Shown here: positions 10,771 through 23,462 of the stretch, one piece after another
How the letters are laid out: each line of letters begins with the position of its first letter
How positions within the stretch are numbered: the stretch's first letter is position 1
DNA from: Sphyrna mokarran
Taxonomy: Eukaryota
NCBI GenBank assembly: GCA_024679065.1
Contig: JAGIQG010000273.1
Span: 1 to 44,488, forward strand
DNA length: 44,488 bases
Reading direction: 5' to 3'
Program-made: the position numbers and the translations under genes
The notes under the pieces: model-generated
Database searches by the model: none
Told to the model about the DNA's origin: nothing
What the model saw: the letters and a program-made list of their open reading frames with translations, nothing else

Positions 10771-10920
10771 CTTGATAGAAATTTCAATGTGTCGTGTCTC
10801 ACGGGCTCGCTTCTACAGAAACTGTGGACACACTGACGTGGCCTGCGTCCCATTCAGTTGGGCCTTTACAGATTCGATGAAAACTATGACGACCTCCGTT
10901 GTGGAGATTACGTCACCATT
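10771..10920 (-). promoter_or_regulatory. Putative proximal promoter of the Ig-like gene with two CRE/ATF-like sites
   Basis: TGACGTG at 10834-10840 and TTACGTCA at 10908-10915, directly upstream of the ATG. Confidence 0.35.
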
Positions 10921-11099
10921 GTAGGACATTGTTGGGTGAACACAATATTCGTTTGACATTCCTCAGTTTGTGAGCCATAACACCCAACTGGTAGAGTACA
11001 AATTAACTATTCTCCATTGTAGTTCTGAGTGTTCTATTGAATAGATGCAGGCTGAAAGTTCGGGTGAACTTTTTTTTAGTTTAAATATCTACGGTTTCA

Positions 11100-11476
11100 A
11101 ACATTTGTGGGACATGGGCGTGCTGGTTGGCCGACATTTACTGTCGATGAATTGTTGCACGTGGACGGCATTTCAGACTCATTGAGACTTCAGCACTACA
11201 TTACTGTGGCTGTAAAGTCGCAGGTAGGCCAGGTCGGATAAGGACGGCAGATTTATTTCGGAAAGGATTTGAGCGAACCAGTTCCGTTCATTTCTGAGAG
11301 TGAACAATGGTTTCATGTTCATTAGTAGATCCTTAATTCCAGATTTTCTGGATTTTCATGTTGAACCCAAATTTAATTAGCACCAGTGTCAGGATTCTAA
11401 CCGTGTCCCCAGAGCATTAACTGTGTTTCTCGATTAATAGTCTAGCGATAATACCAGGAGGCCATCGCCTCCCCAT
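11100..11476 (-). mobile_element. Second SINE family copy
   Basis: Reverse complement of the 24897 element (..GGCCATCGCCTCCC). Confidence 0.8.
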
Positions 11477-11573
11477 AAACCGGAAACTGTCACTGAGTAC
11501 GTGCTAATGGTCGAATTTTCTGGACATCTATTCTGTTACCCCTCGGCATTACGTTCTTAAATTAAAAAAAAAA

Positions 11574-12482
11574 TAGAACATAGAACATAGAACAATACAG
11601 CACAGAACAGGCCCTTCGGCCTTCGATGTTGTGCCGACCAAAATAAAAAGCAATGCCCCTCCTAACTAACCATTCCCTTCTCTTCCATATACTTATCAAT
11701 TAACCTCTTAAACGCCACCAAACTTGGGCATCTACAACAGCTGCAGGCAGGGCATTCCACTCCCTAATCTCTCTTTGAGTAAAGAACCTACCTCTGATAT
11801 CCGTCCTATAACTCATACCCCTTAATTTAAAGTTGTGTCCCATCGTGCTAGCTTTCTCCATCCTAGGAAAAAGTCTATCACTGTCCACCCTATCTAAACC
11901 TCTAATTATCTTATATGCTTCAATAAGATCCCCCTTAGCCGCCTCCTTTCTAACGAAAACAACCTCAAATCCTTCAACCTCTCTTCATAGGACCTGCCCT
12001 CCATACCAGGCAACATCCTGGTAAACCTCCTCTGTACCCTCTCCAATGCCTCCACATCTTTCTTTAATGTGGGGACCAGAACTGCACACAATACTCCAAG
12101 TGCGGCCGCACTAGAGTTTTGTACAGTTGCAACATGATGTTGCGGCTCCTAAATTCAATCCCCCTAACAATAAAAGCTAAGACTCCATATGCCTTCTTAA
12201 CAACTTTATCGACTTGACTGCCTACTTTCAGGGATCTATTGACATATACACCAAGATCCTTCTGTTCATCAACACTATTAAGAGTCCTACCATTAGCCCT
12301 ATACTTTACACATTTATTGTTCCTGCCAAAGTGCATTACCTCACACTTTTCACATTAAACTCCATTTGCCACCTCTCGGCCCAGCTCTGCAACTTGTCCA
12401 AGTCACTCTGTAAACTAAAACACCCCTCTTCACTATCTACCACACCACCAACTTTAGTATCATCTGCAAATTTACTGATCCC
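11574..12482 (-). mobile_element. 5'-truncated CR1 family A copy
   Basis: RT C-terminal ORFs 11700-12336, CATAGAA tail. Confidence 0.93.
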
Positions 12483-12729
12483 ATTCTGCTTTACCTTTCA
12501 TGTTACTAATGGTAGTTCCATTCTGCAATTCTTCTGAGACACTGCGCTAATTCCAGTGTCAGAATTTCCTCTTTGTACGATGGAGGGGCACAAATGGAGA
12601 CAGTTCGTCCAAATTGGAAGTAAAGTCTTCTGTACAAAAGTCAACTTATGGGTGTTATAGATGTATGCCCTTGCCGTTGGGTTTTGCATTTTCCTAGTGA
12701 ATTGCACAAGCAACTTCATCAAAAGGAGT

Positions 12730-14608
12730 CGAGAAACAAAAAATGAGGAGCGTAGCTCGAAGTTGAGAGGGCAACGTATAGAAGGGTATCGGGGTAAACT
12801 GTTTCATACAGAGCGTGGTGCGCATATGGAATGAGATTTCAGAGGGTGTGTTAGTGACAGGTGTAATTGCAACATTAAAAAAAAACATTTGTACAAGTAC
12901 ATGGATGGATAAGTTCGAAAGGATATGGTCAAGCTCAGGAAAGTGAGATTAGTTCAGTTTAGGAAACCTGATCAACAAGGACGAGTTCGGCAGAAGAATC
13001 TGCTCCATGCTGCATTTCTCTCTCTCTAATCATACACAAGCTTATTTTCTGTTTACTCCTAGCCACCCCCGGCGGGTAACATTCATAAATCTGCAGTTTA
13101 ACACTTAGTTCCAGTGTTTGACCACCTTATGCGGTTCTGTACATGAAGCGCCTCAACTGTAAAAAAAACAGGAAAGGCATTGACAACTTCTGGCAAGAAC
13201 ATCATTTTTTTTTCCATCTCAAGCATCAGATGATGAAGTGATCAGAATCTTGGCCAACCGTCTCCAGTTCATGTTGCAGAGCCCCAATTGGGCTGTGGGT
13301 AAGAGTATTTTGAGACTCACAGCGAACAGCCGCAGTCACAGGAAATGTGCCTCGTTGCTACCGGAGCTGGTTCTCAGCTACTGCCTCTGCTGACTCCCTT
13401 CATCATTATTCAAGATCAAACATTTCTGTAAATAGTTCAGACCCTCAGTAAGGCCCAACATTGTCTGCTCATTTCAGAACCCATTATAACAGTAATCCTT
13501 TACACGAGGTCTTCACATTCCTATTAGGACAACTCATTAATGTAAGGGACCAATCCCTTCACCAGCAGCTCACTGGGGTCACACTGTGTAATATCTACAA
13601 AAGTGCACTGTAACAATTCAGCAAAATTGCTATCTGTTGGAAATTGGTGGGAGGAGCACAGGGCACATGGGAATTCGACAATCTCGGCCCTCCCGGCTGT
13701 ATCCTGCATTGACTGTATTATTCTGGTTTCCATTGCTGTCTCATAGTTTCAAGGACGCTGGTTCAATTCCCGATTTGGGTCGTTGTCTGTATGGAGTCTG
13801 CACCTTCCTCCCGCATCTGCACCGTTTTTTAGGTGTCAATACTCCAGGATAAGAGAGTCTAAAACTAAGGACCATAGCTTGAATTTGAGCGGCGAATTGT
13901 TAAAAGGATTTTGAGGAGAGACCTTTTGCAGATATCTAGAATGAACTTCCAGAGGAGGTGGCAGATGCGTACAATTACAATATTTAAAAGACACTTGAAC
14001 AGGTATACGGGTGGAAAAGGCAAATAGGATTACTTCCGATTTGGAAACTTAGTTGGCATGGAGGAATTGATGGAGTTTCCGCAGGATTTCTCTCTGTCAA
14101 ATTGTATACGAGCCTGTTGTCTGTTTGATCTAATATACCATAGTGCGGACGCACTCGACAATCTGCATTCTAACACTTAGTCCCAGCGTTTGACTACTGC
14201 AGGCTGTTCTGAGCCTAAAGCACGACAATTATTGAAACAGGAAATGCACTGATAGCTACAGCTCGAACATCATTTTCCATCTCTAGCATCAGGTGGTGAA
14301 GTGGTCAGAATCTTGGTCAGCGTTCTCCTCCCCTCAGTGCGTTTTGCACAGCACCCAATGGGCTGTTAATAAGAGTGTTCTGACACTCACAGCAAACAGA
14401 TGCGATCATAGGCAATGAGCCTCTTTGCTGCCGAGCCCCGCTCTCTGCGGCTGCCTATACCGCCTCAAGCATGTCTGCAGTTCAGACCCTCAGTGAGGCT
14501 CAACATTCACTGCTCATTTCAGAACCATTTTGTCAGTATTTTTTTCTACCAGGCTCTTCACACTCAGATTAATGTAGCTCATTAATGTTGGGAATAGTCC
14601 CTTCATGA
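12730..14608. repeat. Diverged tandem duplication (period about 1.07 kb; old CR1 tail + about 480 bp unique block)
   Basis: Collinear blocks at 13100/14172, 13435/14480 and 13465/14510. Confidence 0.8.
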
Positions 14609-14644
14609 TGTAGAGATGCCAGCGTTGGACAGGGGTAAACACAA

Positions 14645-15411
14645 ATAACAAAGAATAAAGAATAAAACAGCAAGGGAAACAGGCCCTTCGGCCCAACGAG
14701 CCCGTGCTACCCCGATGTTCCCACCTACACCCGCAATCCCTGTCCATGTTTATAGGTCTATGGATTAAAAACCAAATTTGAGACAATTTAGGGAGAATTT
14801 GTTTGCCAATTAGCCTAAAAGCACATCTTTGGGATGTGGGAGGAAACCGGAGCACCCGGAGAAAACCCACTCAAGCACGGGGAGAATGCACAAACTCCCA
14901 CAGACACAGGCCCAAATCCATGTATCTGCACAGCATAGCAATAGTCACTGAGCTGCCGTGTTGCCCATCAAATGGTCCAGGTCAAGCGTAAACTAACGAC
15001 CTGAAGCATTAGGATACTCTCGAAAAGAAATCCAAGTGCCACACTCTCACGACCCATCGCATGTATGCCCCTCATTAGACAACAAGGTGGACCAAAGCAC
15101 CTGTAGGATAAAAACAAGTACATCAATACCATTATCTATTTACACACTTCCCAGGGACTCCCAAGGCTCACGATCCCTATTTTAAATCAGTTTTCTATAT
15201 CCCTCCATTCCCATTCTGTTCATGTGCCTATCTAAGTATTTCTTAAATAACTCCAGAGCACCTGTCTCCACCACTTGGCAGCGCATTCCATACCCCCACC
15301 ATCCTCTGTGTGAAAAAACTCCTTCTAGCATCCAAATTATACCTTACCCCCCTCACCCTAAGCCCGTGACCCCATGTGCTATTCGAGTCCATTCTAGGAA
15401 AAAGCTTAACC
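14645..15411 (-). mobile_element. CR1 family C copy with extended chimeric 3' UTR (LINE end + unique segment + SINE body)
   Basis: GHGLRVRGVRYNLDAR ORF2 end; shares about 600 bp of 3' extension with the 25570 and 41150 copies. Confidence 0.85.
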
Positions 15412-17015
15412 CTGTTAAAGATCGAGTATGCGAATATTAAGAAAGAGGAGGTATTGGAACTGTTAAATTCCATCAAGGTAGATAAGTCGCCAGATCCAGA
15501 TGGGATGTACCCCAGGTTACTGTGGGAGGTGAGGGAAGTGATCGCTGAGCCTCTGGCCATGATCTTCGCGTCGTCGATAGAGACAGGAGAGGTTCTGGAA
15601 GATTGAGGATTGCGATGTGGTGCCTATTTTCAAGACGGGGAATAGGGATAGCCAGGGCAATTACCGACCAGTGAGTCTGACCTCAGTGGTCGGTAAGTTG
15701 ATGGAGGGGATTCTGAGAGATAGGATTTATGATCATTTAGAGAAATTCAATTTGATCAGGAATAGTCAACACGGTTTTGGTATGGCAGATCGTACCTTAT
15801 GAGCCGAGTTGAATTCTTCGAAAATGTGACTGAACACATTGACAAAGGAAGAGCAGTGGACGTGGTTTACATGGATTTCAGCAAGGTGTTTCACAAGGTC
15901 CCCCATGCAAGACTTCTTCAGAAGGTGAGAAGGCATAGGATCCAAAGGGATTTGGCCTTGTGGATCCAGAACTGGCTTGCCTGCAGAAGGCAGAGAGTAG
16001 TTGTGGATGGGTCATCTTCTGCATGGAAGTCAGTCACCAGTGGAGTGTCCCAGGGATATGTTCTAGGACCCTTGCTGTTTGTCATTTTCATAAATGACGT
16101 AGATGAGGAAGTGGAGAGATGGATTAGTAAGTTTGCCGATGATACGAATGTTGGTGGTGTTGTGGATAGTCTGGAGGGATGTCAGAAGTTGCAGTGAGAC
16201 ACAGACAGGATGCAAGACTGGGTGGAGAAGTGGCAGATGGACTTCAACGCGGATACATGTGTGGTGGTCCGTTTTGGTAGGACCAATGGAATGAAGGAGT
16301 ATAATATCAGGGGTAGGAGTCTTTGCAGCGTTGAAGAGCAGAAGGATCTTGGGGTCCGGGTCCATAGGGCTCTTAAATCTCCCCTGCAAGTGGAGGATGT
16401 GGTCAAGAAGGCATATGGTGTACTAGTCTTCATTAATAGAGGAATTGAGTTTAGGAGTCGGGAGGTAATGCTGCAACTTTGGAGTATTGTGTTCAGTTCT
16501 GGTCGCCTCAGTATAGGAAGGATTTTGGAAGGTTTTGAGAGGGTGCAGATGAGATTTACAAGAATGTTGCCTGGATTGGGGGCATGACTTATGAAGATAG
16601 GTTGAGAGAGCTAGGTCTCTTCTCTCTGGGGAGACGAAGTTTGAGATGCGACCTGATAGAGGTTTATAAGATGTTGAGAGGAATAGTAGGGCGGATTCTC
16701 AGAGGCTATTTCCCAGGGCTGAAATGGTCGCTTCGAGAGGACACAGGTTCAAAGTGCTGGGGGGCAAGTACAGAGGAGATGTTAGAGGTAAGTTTTTCAC
16801 TCAGAGGGTAGTGAGTGAATGGAATCGGTTGCCATCAGTGGTGCTAGAGGCGAACCCGCTGGGGTCTTTTAAGAGACTTCTGGACGAGTACATGGGATGT
16901 AATGGGATTGGGAGTTACAGATAATTCTATGGCCTGGTAGGTATAGATATGATCGACACAACTTGTGGGCCGAAGGGCCTGTTTGTGCTGTAGTGTTCCA
17001 TGTGCTATGTTCTAT
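15412..17015 (+). mobile_element. 5'-truncated decayed CR1 family B-like copy
   Basis: RT pieces DKSPDPDG, YRPVSL, FADD with stops and frameshifts; 3' tail. Confidence 0.92.
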
Positions 17016-17989
17016 ATGTAAGTAAAAAGAAAATATTTCACATGTGATTGACATGCTCATTTGAGCAGACGGCTGTATTTCTAAACAATTACATTCAAGA
17101 GTGTAATGTTTCCATTCACAGCCAATATAACTATAAGTAGTTGTGGCAATAAAAAGAATGTGATTGCGATCATGTTATTTAGTAGCTTTTTCAAGCAGCT
17201 CCTAGTATTGTGTTGGCCATGCTTTGGTCACAGAGACCATCGTCCTCCAATTGCAACTGAAGCAATATAATTGCCATCTGGTTCATTTTTAACCTGGACT
17301 AATGCAGAATCCTCCGGTGATATGATCCTTTTGAAAGGACGGGGTGGAGTGTGATTCTTAAGTCAGCTGGTGCCTGGGGACTTTTTTTTTCTTTCGCAGA
17401 GAAGTGCAAGTTTTTACTTTTTTTGTTCAGCAGTATCCTGAGGTGGGAAGCAGTTGCCCTTGCTCTGGAGTTTCAAGTTATGCTGTCTGTGAATTACTGT
17501 TAGCAGCTGATGGAGGCTGGCATGTCCCGGTCCATTTCTCTCTCCAGAGGTGTTTTGGAAATTTCTGGGACTCGGAAGCCTCAGTGATTTAATCCAAAAT
17601 TCAAAGGATCAGTTCACGATAGGAGTTAAACAGCTGAAAACTCAGCACCACGTGAATATGTTTACGGTTGTTCTAAGGCTAGAAAGGGATATGTTGTTTG
17701 AATTGGAACTTCATAGACAGCTGGCTGGTAAAGTCTATTCTATATCATATTCGAATCGTGTAATTGGGAAACGTTATGCAAATTATTTCGATTTAAATTC
17801 AGCCATATTCTAAAATAAACTTTGTTTGATACAAGCTTTCATGTTGGTTCTTTGAATCATACACAGAGTGAAACACCTTATGCTCAACTGTGCCATAGGA
17901 TTTAGTGTACTGAATTGTCATCGCTGTTCGCCACATGTTCCTCCACTGAAAGTTTGATGACCTGACCGGCCTCATTAACCATTTATCAG

Positions 17990-19445
17990 TCCAGTAAATC
18001 ATCCTCTCTAGTAGAGCTATCAACGTGTTGTTCCAAAGAAACTTCCTGGGCACATTTCACAAATTCTTTCTCGTCCAGACCTCCAGTCCTAACGGAATTC
18101 AGTCTGTATGAGGGAAATTAAAGTCTTCCACTGCAACCGCCCTATTTTTTCTACACCTATCCAGAATTTTCTTACGTATCCGTTCCACAACTTTCCGTGG
18201 GCTGTCGGGAGACCTTGTAGTATAACCCCAGAAAAGTGACTGCGTCGTCCCTGGTTCTGAGCTCTACCCAAAGTGTTTCATTACATGATCCTACCAAATT
18301 GTCCACCCTCTGTACCGCTGCAATATACTCCCTAACCAGTATTACTATTCTCCCACCTCTACTATCTCTTCTTCTATCACGCCTAAAGCACTTGTACACG
18401 GAATATTCGGCTGTCAGTCCTGTCCTTCTTTCAAGTTCCTCTCACTGCAACCACATTGAAGTTTACCACCTGTCTTAAAGCTCCAAGTTCATCTGCCTTG
18501 CGCATTCGCTCCTTAATTTAAGCAGATGCACTACAGAACTCCAGGCTGACTGAGTTTATCCTTCCCGAGATTGCTGTTCCTCTTGGGTAGCCTTGACTTG
18601 GCCCCGTGCTCGCCCCCCCCCCCCCCCCCCCCACCCCCGAGTCTCTTCTCTTGCTGACCTGTTCTGATTCCCACCCCATTGCCACATTAGTTTAAATTTA
18701 CTCGAAACACAATAGTAAACCTCCCAGCCAGGATATCGATGCCTCTCCAGTTCAGGTGTAATCCTTCCTTCTTGTACAGGTCCCATCTTCTCTGAAAGAC
18801 ATTCCAGTTATCCACAAATCTGAAACCCTCCTTCCTGCAGCAGTTCTTTATCCATGTGTTCAGCGGCACTATCTCCCTATTCTCAGCCTCACTAGTATTT
18901 GGCACGGGGAACAATCCAGAGATTTCTACACGTGAAGTCTTGTTTTTTAGCCTTTTACCTAAAGCCCTAAATTGTCCTTGCTGGATTTCCCTATTTTCTG
19001 TCTATGTCATTTGTAGCAAGGTAGACAATGACAATGACCCCTTTTAGGGTGCTCTCTACTCGTTCAGAGACAACCAGGATCGTAGCACCAAGGAAACAGT
19101 CGACCATCCTGGAGTCTCGTTCACGCTCACAGAACCACATGTCTCTGCCTCTAACGACTGAGTCCCCCACTACTATGACTCTCATATTCTCCCCCTATTC
19201 CTTCTGACCCATAGAGTCCAACTCGGCACCAGAGACCTGGTCACTAAGACATACCCCTGGAAGGTCATCCTCCCCTGCAGTATCCAAAAAGGTATACTTA
19301 TTTTGGAGAGAATAATCACAAGGGATTCCTGCACTGATTGCCTCCTCTCCTCCGTTCTCCTGACTGTCACACAGCTAGCTTCATTTTTAGGTGTTACCGC
19401 TTCTCAATAACTACTATCCATCACCCGCTCTTCCTCCTGGATGCT
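17990..19445 (-). mobile_element. Decayed 5' part of an older CR1 (ORF1 esterase + start of ORF2 endonuclease)
   Basis: Frameshifted remnants VGDS, ATND, EGLHLN, RVNLN*, YKCFRRDR. Confidence 0.85.
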
Positions 19446-19625
19446 CTGTGAGCTGATAGTTGTTTAAGATTCGGCTACTCGAGTCTGATGAAACATGAAT
19501 GAAACTCATCGGCAATCGTTCACTTCTCTTCGTAACACCTTCACTTCCTTCCTCCAAGTTATACTATACTTTGAAAAGATGTCCTCCCTCGTGGACAATC
19601 CAGAACGAGAGGCCATATATATATA

Positions 19626-20430
19626 TAGAACAATACAGCACAAACAGGCCCTTCGGCCCAGGTGTTGCGCCGATCGCATCTACCAATCCACAGACCTATC
19701 TATAATCCCCTATCCTATTCGTTTCCATATACTTATCCAGATGTCTTTTAAAAGGCCCCAGTGAGTTTACCTCAACGTCTCCGACGGCATTCGGTTCCAT
19801 TCACTCACCACCCTCTGAGTGAAAAACCTACCCCTGACATCTCCTTTGTATTTGCTTCCCTGCACCTTAAATCTGTGTCCTCTCGTAGTGACCATTTCAG
19901 CTCGGGGAAATAGTCTCTGACAGTCCACCCTACCTATTCCTCTCAACATTTTATAAACCTCTATCAGGTCGCCTCTCAACCTACGTCTCTCCATTGAGAA
20001 GAGTCCCAGCTCCCTCAACGTATCTTCAAAAGGCCTGCCGCCCAATCCAGGCAGCATCCTTGTAAATCTCCTCTGCACTCTCTACATCCTTCCTATAGTG
20101 AGGCGACCAGAACTGCTCACAATACTCCAAGTGGGGTCTGACACGAGTCTTATAGAGCTGCATCATTACCTCCTGACTCCTAAACTCTATTCTTCGATTA
20201 ATGAAGGCCAGTACACCGTACGCCTTCTTGACCACTTCCTCCACGTGCGAGGCCGATTTAAGAGTCCTATGGACCTGGACCTCGAGATCGTTCTGCTCTA
20301 CAACACAGCTAAGACTCCTACCCCTTAGATTGTACTCCTTCATCCCACTATTCCTGCCAAAATGGACCACTAGTCATTTATCCGTTTTGAAGTTCATCTG
20401 CCACTTCTCCGCCCAGTCTTGCATCCTATC
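19626..20430 (-). mobile_element. 5'-truncated CR1 family B copy inserted in a TA microsatellite
   Basis: ORFs 19767-20370; TATATATATAG on both flanks. Confidence 0.92.
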
Positions 20431-20979
20431 TATATATATAGTGGAGTGATAAGTTCAAAACAGCGAGAAAAAGAAACTGCTTCTCTCAGAGGATTGTGAA
20501 TCAGTGGAACCCACTGTCCCGAAGTGCAGTGGAGATAGAATCAGTGAATTCAGTTACACAACATAAATTGACGGTTATTTTTCATTCGATCATTGAATCA
20601 TTGATAGGTCATGAACAAACCTAATCGTCAATTTTCGAATCAAGTTCAGTTCCCATTGGGATCTTACATATCCTGTTTATTTTTGTCTATCAATCCATTT
20701 GATTGATTGAGCATCTACAGTGTCTCTGGGATATAGATAGCAAATAGAATAAAAAATACAGTGATTTAAATTGAGTAAAATTGAGACATCTGCAGTAGCT
20801 ACTGATTAACAGGGACACACATAGAAAAGGGATCCCTTGTAATTTGATAAATTGGTCCACTTTAACAAATGTCACACCTCACTATTCCATAAATTGGGAA
20901 ACGGTCACTAGCAATACCTCGCCCTCTGTAATGGAAAATGAATCTTGACATTTATTGCAAAAGGTCTAGATTGTGATAC

Positions 20980-21570
20980 ATAGAAGTGTTTTTTTTTAGA
21001 ATTGAATAAGGCGTTGGAAGTCCTCGCATGGAGCATTCTGTCCAATTTTGTCCTCCCAGCTTGACGAAGGATGTGGTGACGCCGGAGGAAGTTCACAGGA
21101 AGTCCACAAGATTGATTTCGGGGACGAAGTGTCCATCATACGAGAGACAGTTGCGTTGCTTGGGCTTATGGATTTAGAAGAATCGGGGCGGGGTGGGGGG
21201 CGTGGGTGATCAGATCGGGTATATAACATGCTGAAGGAATTGATATGGTGAACGTTCAACAGATGACCCCCAAATGGGACAGTCTAGGACAAAAGCTCAG
21301 AGATATAGCGAGAGAGGGGATAGATTCGAAACTACGATGAGGAGAAACTATTTCTCTCAAAGGGTTGTGTATCTGTGCTCCAGCTGGCAGTGAAGGCAGA
21401 ATCAGTCAACAAGATCAAGAAAGAAATTAATACTTGGCTAATGAAAAGCCGGATAAAGAACTATGGGTAACAGACAGGTCAGTGGAGTTGAGGTCAGAAA
21501 AAACACAGCCATGGTCATGTAGAATTCGGAGCGTCCTCGAAGGTCTGAATTGTGTACTCCCCGTCAAACT
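20980..21570 (+). mobile_element. Old CR1 3' fragment
   Basis: Degenerate RPxLExxVQFW and RRNYFSQRVV-like sequence. Confidence 0.6.
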
Positions 21571-21839
21571 ATTATGTTGCTTTCTAATAGACACTTCCAT
21601 TCATAAGACTTCCACGGGAGTTAATTTCAACAGTGGAAGTATAGAGAGTGTCATTGAACCAAACTTCCATAGAGAGGCCGATGTCGAAGTTTCTGCCTGA
21701 CTCGCTGGACCTGAAATCGATCCGCTAATAGATATCCCAGGGTATATTCGAGGTGACGGGAATGCAATCAATTGAAAAAAAAAGTCTGATCAAATATATC
21801 AAAAATAGAGCCCCTGCAGTCCAGTAAGGAGCAATACGA

Positions 21840-21930
21840 TGGTGGTGGTGAGTGAGTGGGGGTGGAGGGTGGGTGGGTGGGGGGGAGGGCGGGGTGGCAG
21901 AAGTGGCCGGGAGGGAGGGGGGAGGGCAGT
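21840..21930 (+). repeat. G-rich tract (G-quadruplex-capable)
   Basis: Many GGG+ runs. Confidence 0.6.
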
Positions 21931-23119
21931 GGAGCAGGCTAAACCCCGAGAATCAAACCGAAGCTCCAGTATTAGTCAAAACAACGAAAACACGTTTTGA
22001 TTGATGTAGAATAGAATAATAATGTTTTTTTTTCAGTATTTTCACAGTTATGGATGCATTTCCGAATAGTAGGCAATTGTTTTGCCTTCAGCGAAACCTC
22101 TTCGAATAGTTTCTCGCTTAGAGTAAGCACGGATGTACAGTAGACAATAAAGAACGGAAATGATACCTTGGCCTTCAGAGCGAGAGGGTTTGAGTATCGA
22201 AATAGGGATGCTTTGGTGTAATGTTATCGGTCTTGGTGAGATCACGCCTGGAGTATTCTTGTAAAGAATGATTTGTCGCCATGAATCAATGACAGACACC
22301 CCTCCCAGAATGAAGACGTGGCCAACGTTTGACAAAGAAAGCGAAAGGGGGAGAAGGAAAGGCAGCAGACAATATTTCACTGCAGGAGGACTGGGTAATA
22401 GGGAAATACAAGGGTAGAGTTTGAGCGGCACGGTGGGGCCAGGACGAGAAATTGCAACAACCACAGTGAGTTTAACATACTGAAACATGTTAAATAAAGA
22501 CTTCATTCGATCTCCATTAGGCGTTTAGATCCTGACTGTACATTAATTCCACATTGCCTTGGTTCCTCGCAGAATCGGTCTGTCTCTTCAATGATCATCC
22601 AGAGCTCTTATTGCAGAATATCTCAAAAGCTCACAAATCTATCAATGAAGGATTACCCGCTCATCTCAGTATGTACTCTGAGACTATGAACGCGATGTTC
22701 TGGACTCACCAGCAAGGCACAAACAAGTTCTCAATCCTAATACTGAAATCGTAGCCCGAATCTTCTCATTTACACACATTAAGTTTCCGAACTCCAGCTA
22801 ACGTTGATCCAAACTAATGAATGTGCCCGGACAGGACAAACCTTTCCTACCAGGCATGAAGCTTCAGGATCTTACCCAAAAGGCAAATGCAGCTTTCTGC
22901 TGTAAAAAAAAAACAACTAAACGGCAATCAATATTCTTGGCACAGTCTCACTGACATGAGGCTTGCTTGCAGTAGCATTCCTTACTCATCGATCACCACA
23001 AATACTTCATCCATTGCAATAAATCTCAACCAAGGAATGTTTTTATTTCCAAATTGTTTGGGTACTTTCTGGTAAATGTATGTTCTGCACAAGAATATGA
23101 AAGCTATCTGAATCGTAAA

Positions 23120-23462
23120 ATCATAGAACTTGTGCATATGGCTCATTGAGCCTGCAATAGCAGCAGATCCCTCCAGGCCCATTTCCCGTAAACCCAGGTA
23201 TTCACGGCGCTAATCTCCCTGAACATAGGGGGAAATTAGCAGGGCAATTCAATCTAACCTGCCCATCTGTGGACACTAAAGGGCAAATAGCATGGCCAAT
23301 CCGCCCAATAAGCACCCGTTTGGTTTGTGGGAGGAAACTGAAGCACCAGTGGAAACCCGCGTAGACACAGGGAGAGGTGCAAACTCCACGCAGATGGTCA
23401 CCCAAGGGTGTAACCAGACAGGGTCCTTGGCGCTGTGAGGCAGCAGTGCTGACCGTGCCGCT
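23120..23462 (-). mobile_element. HE1-like SINE
   Basis: GGCACGGTCAGCACTGCTGCCTCACAGCGCC head in reverse. Confidence 0.85.

Noticed and set aside
22048-22506. 152-aa ORF and other short ORF-track entries
   Set aside because: They are antisense or alternative frames of decayed CR1/SINE or low-complexity DNA, with no protein motifs.
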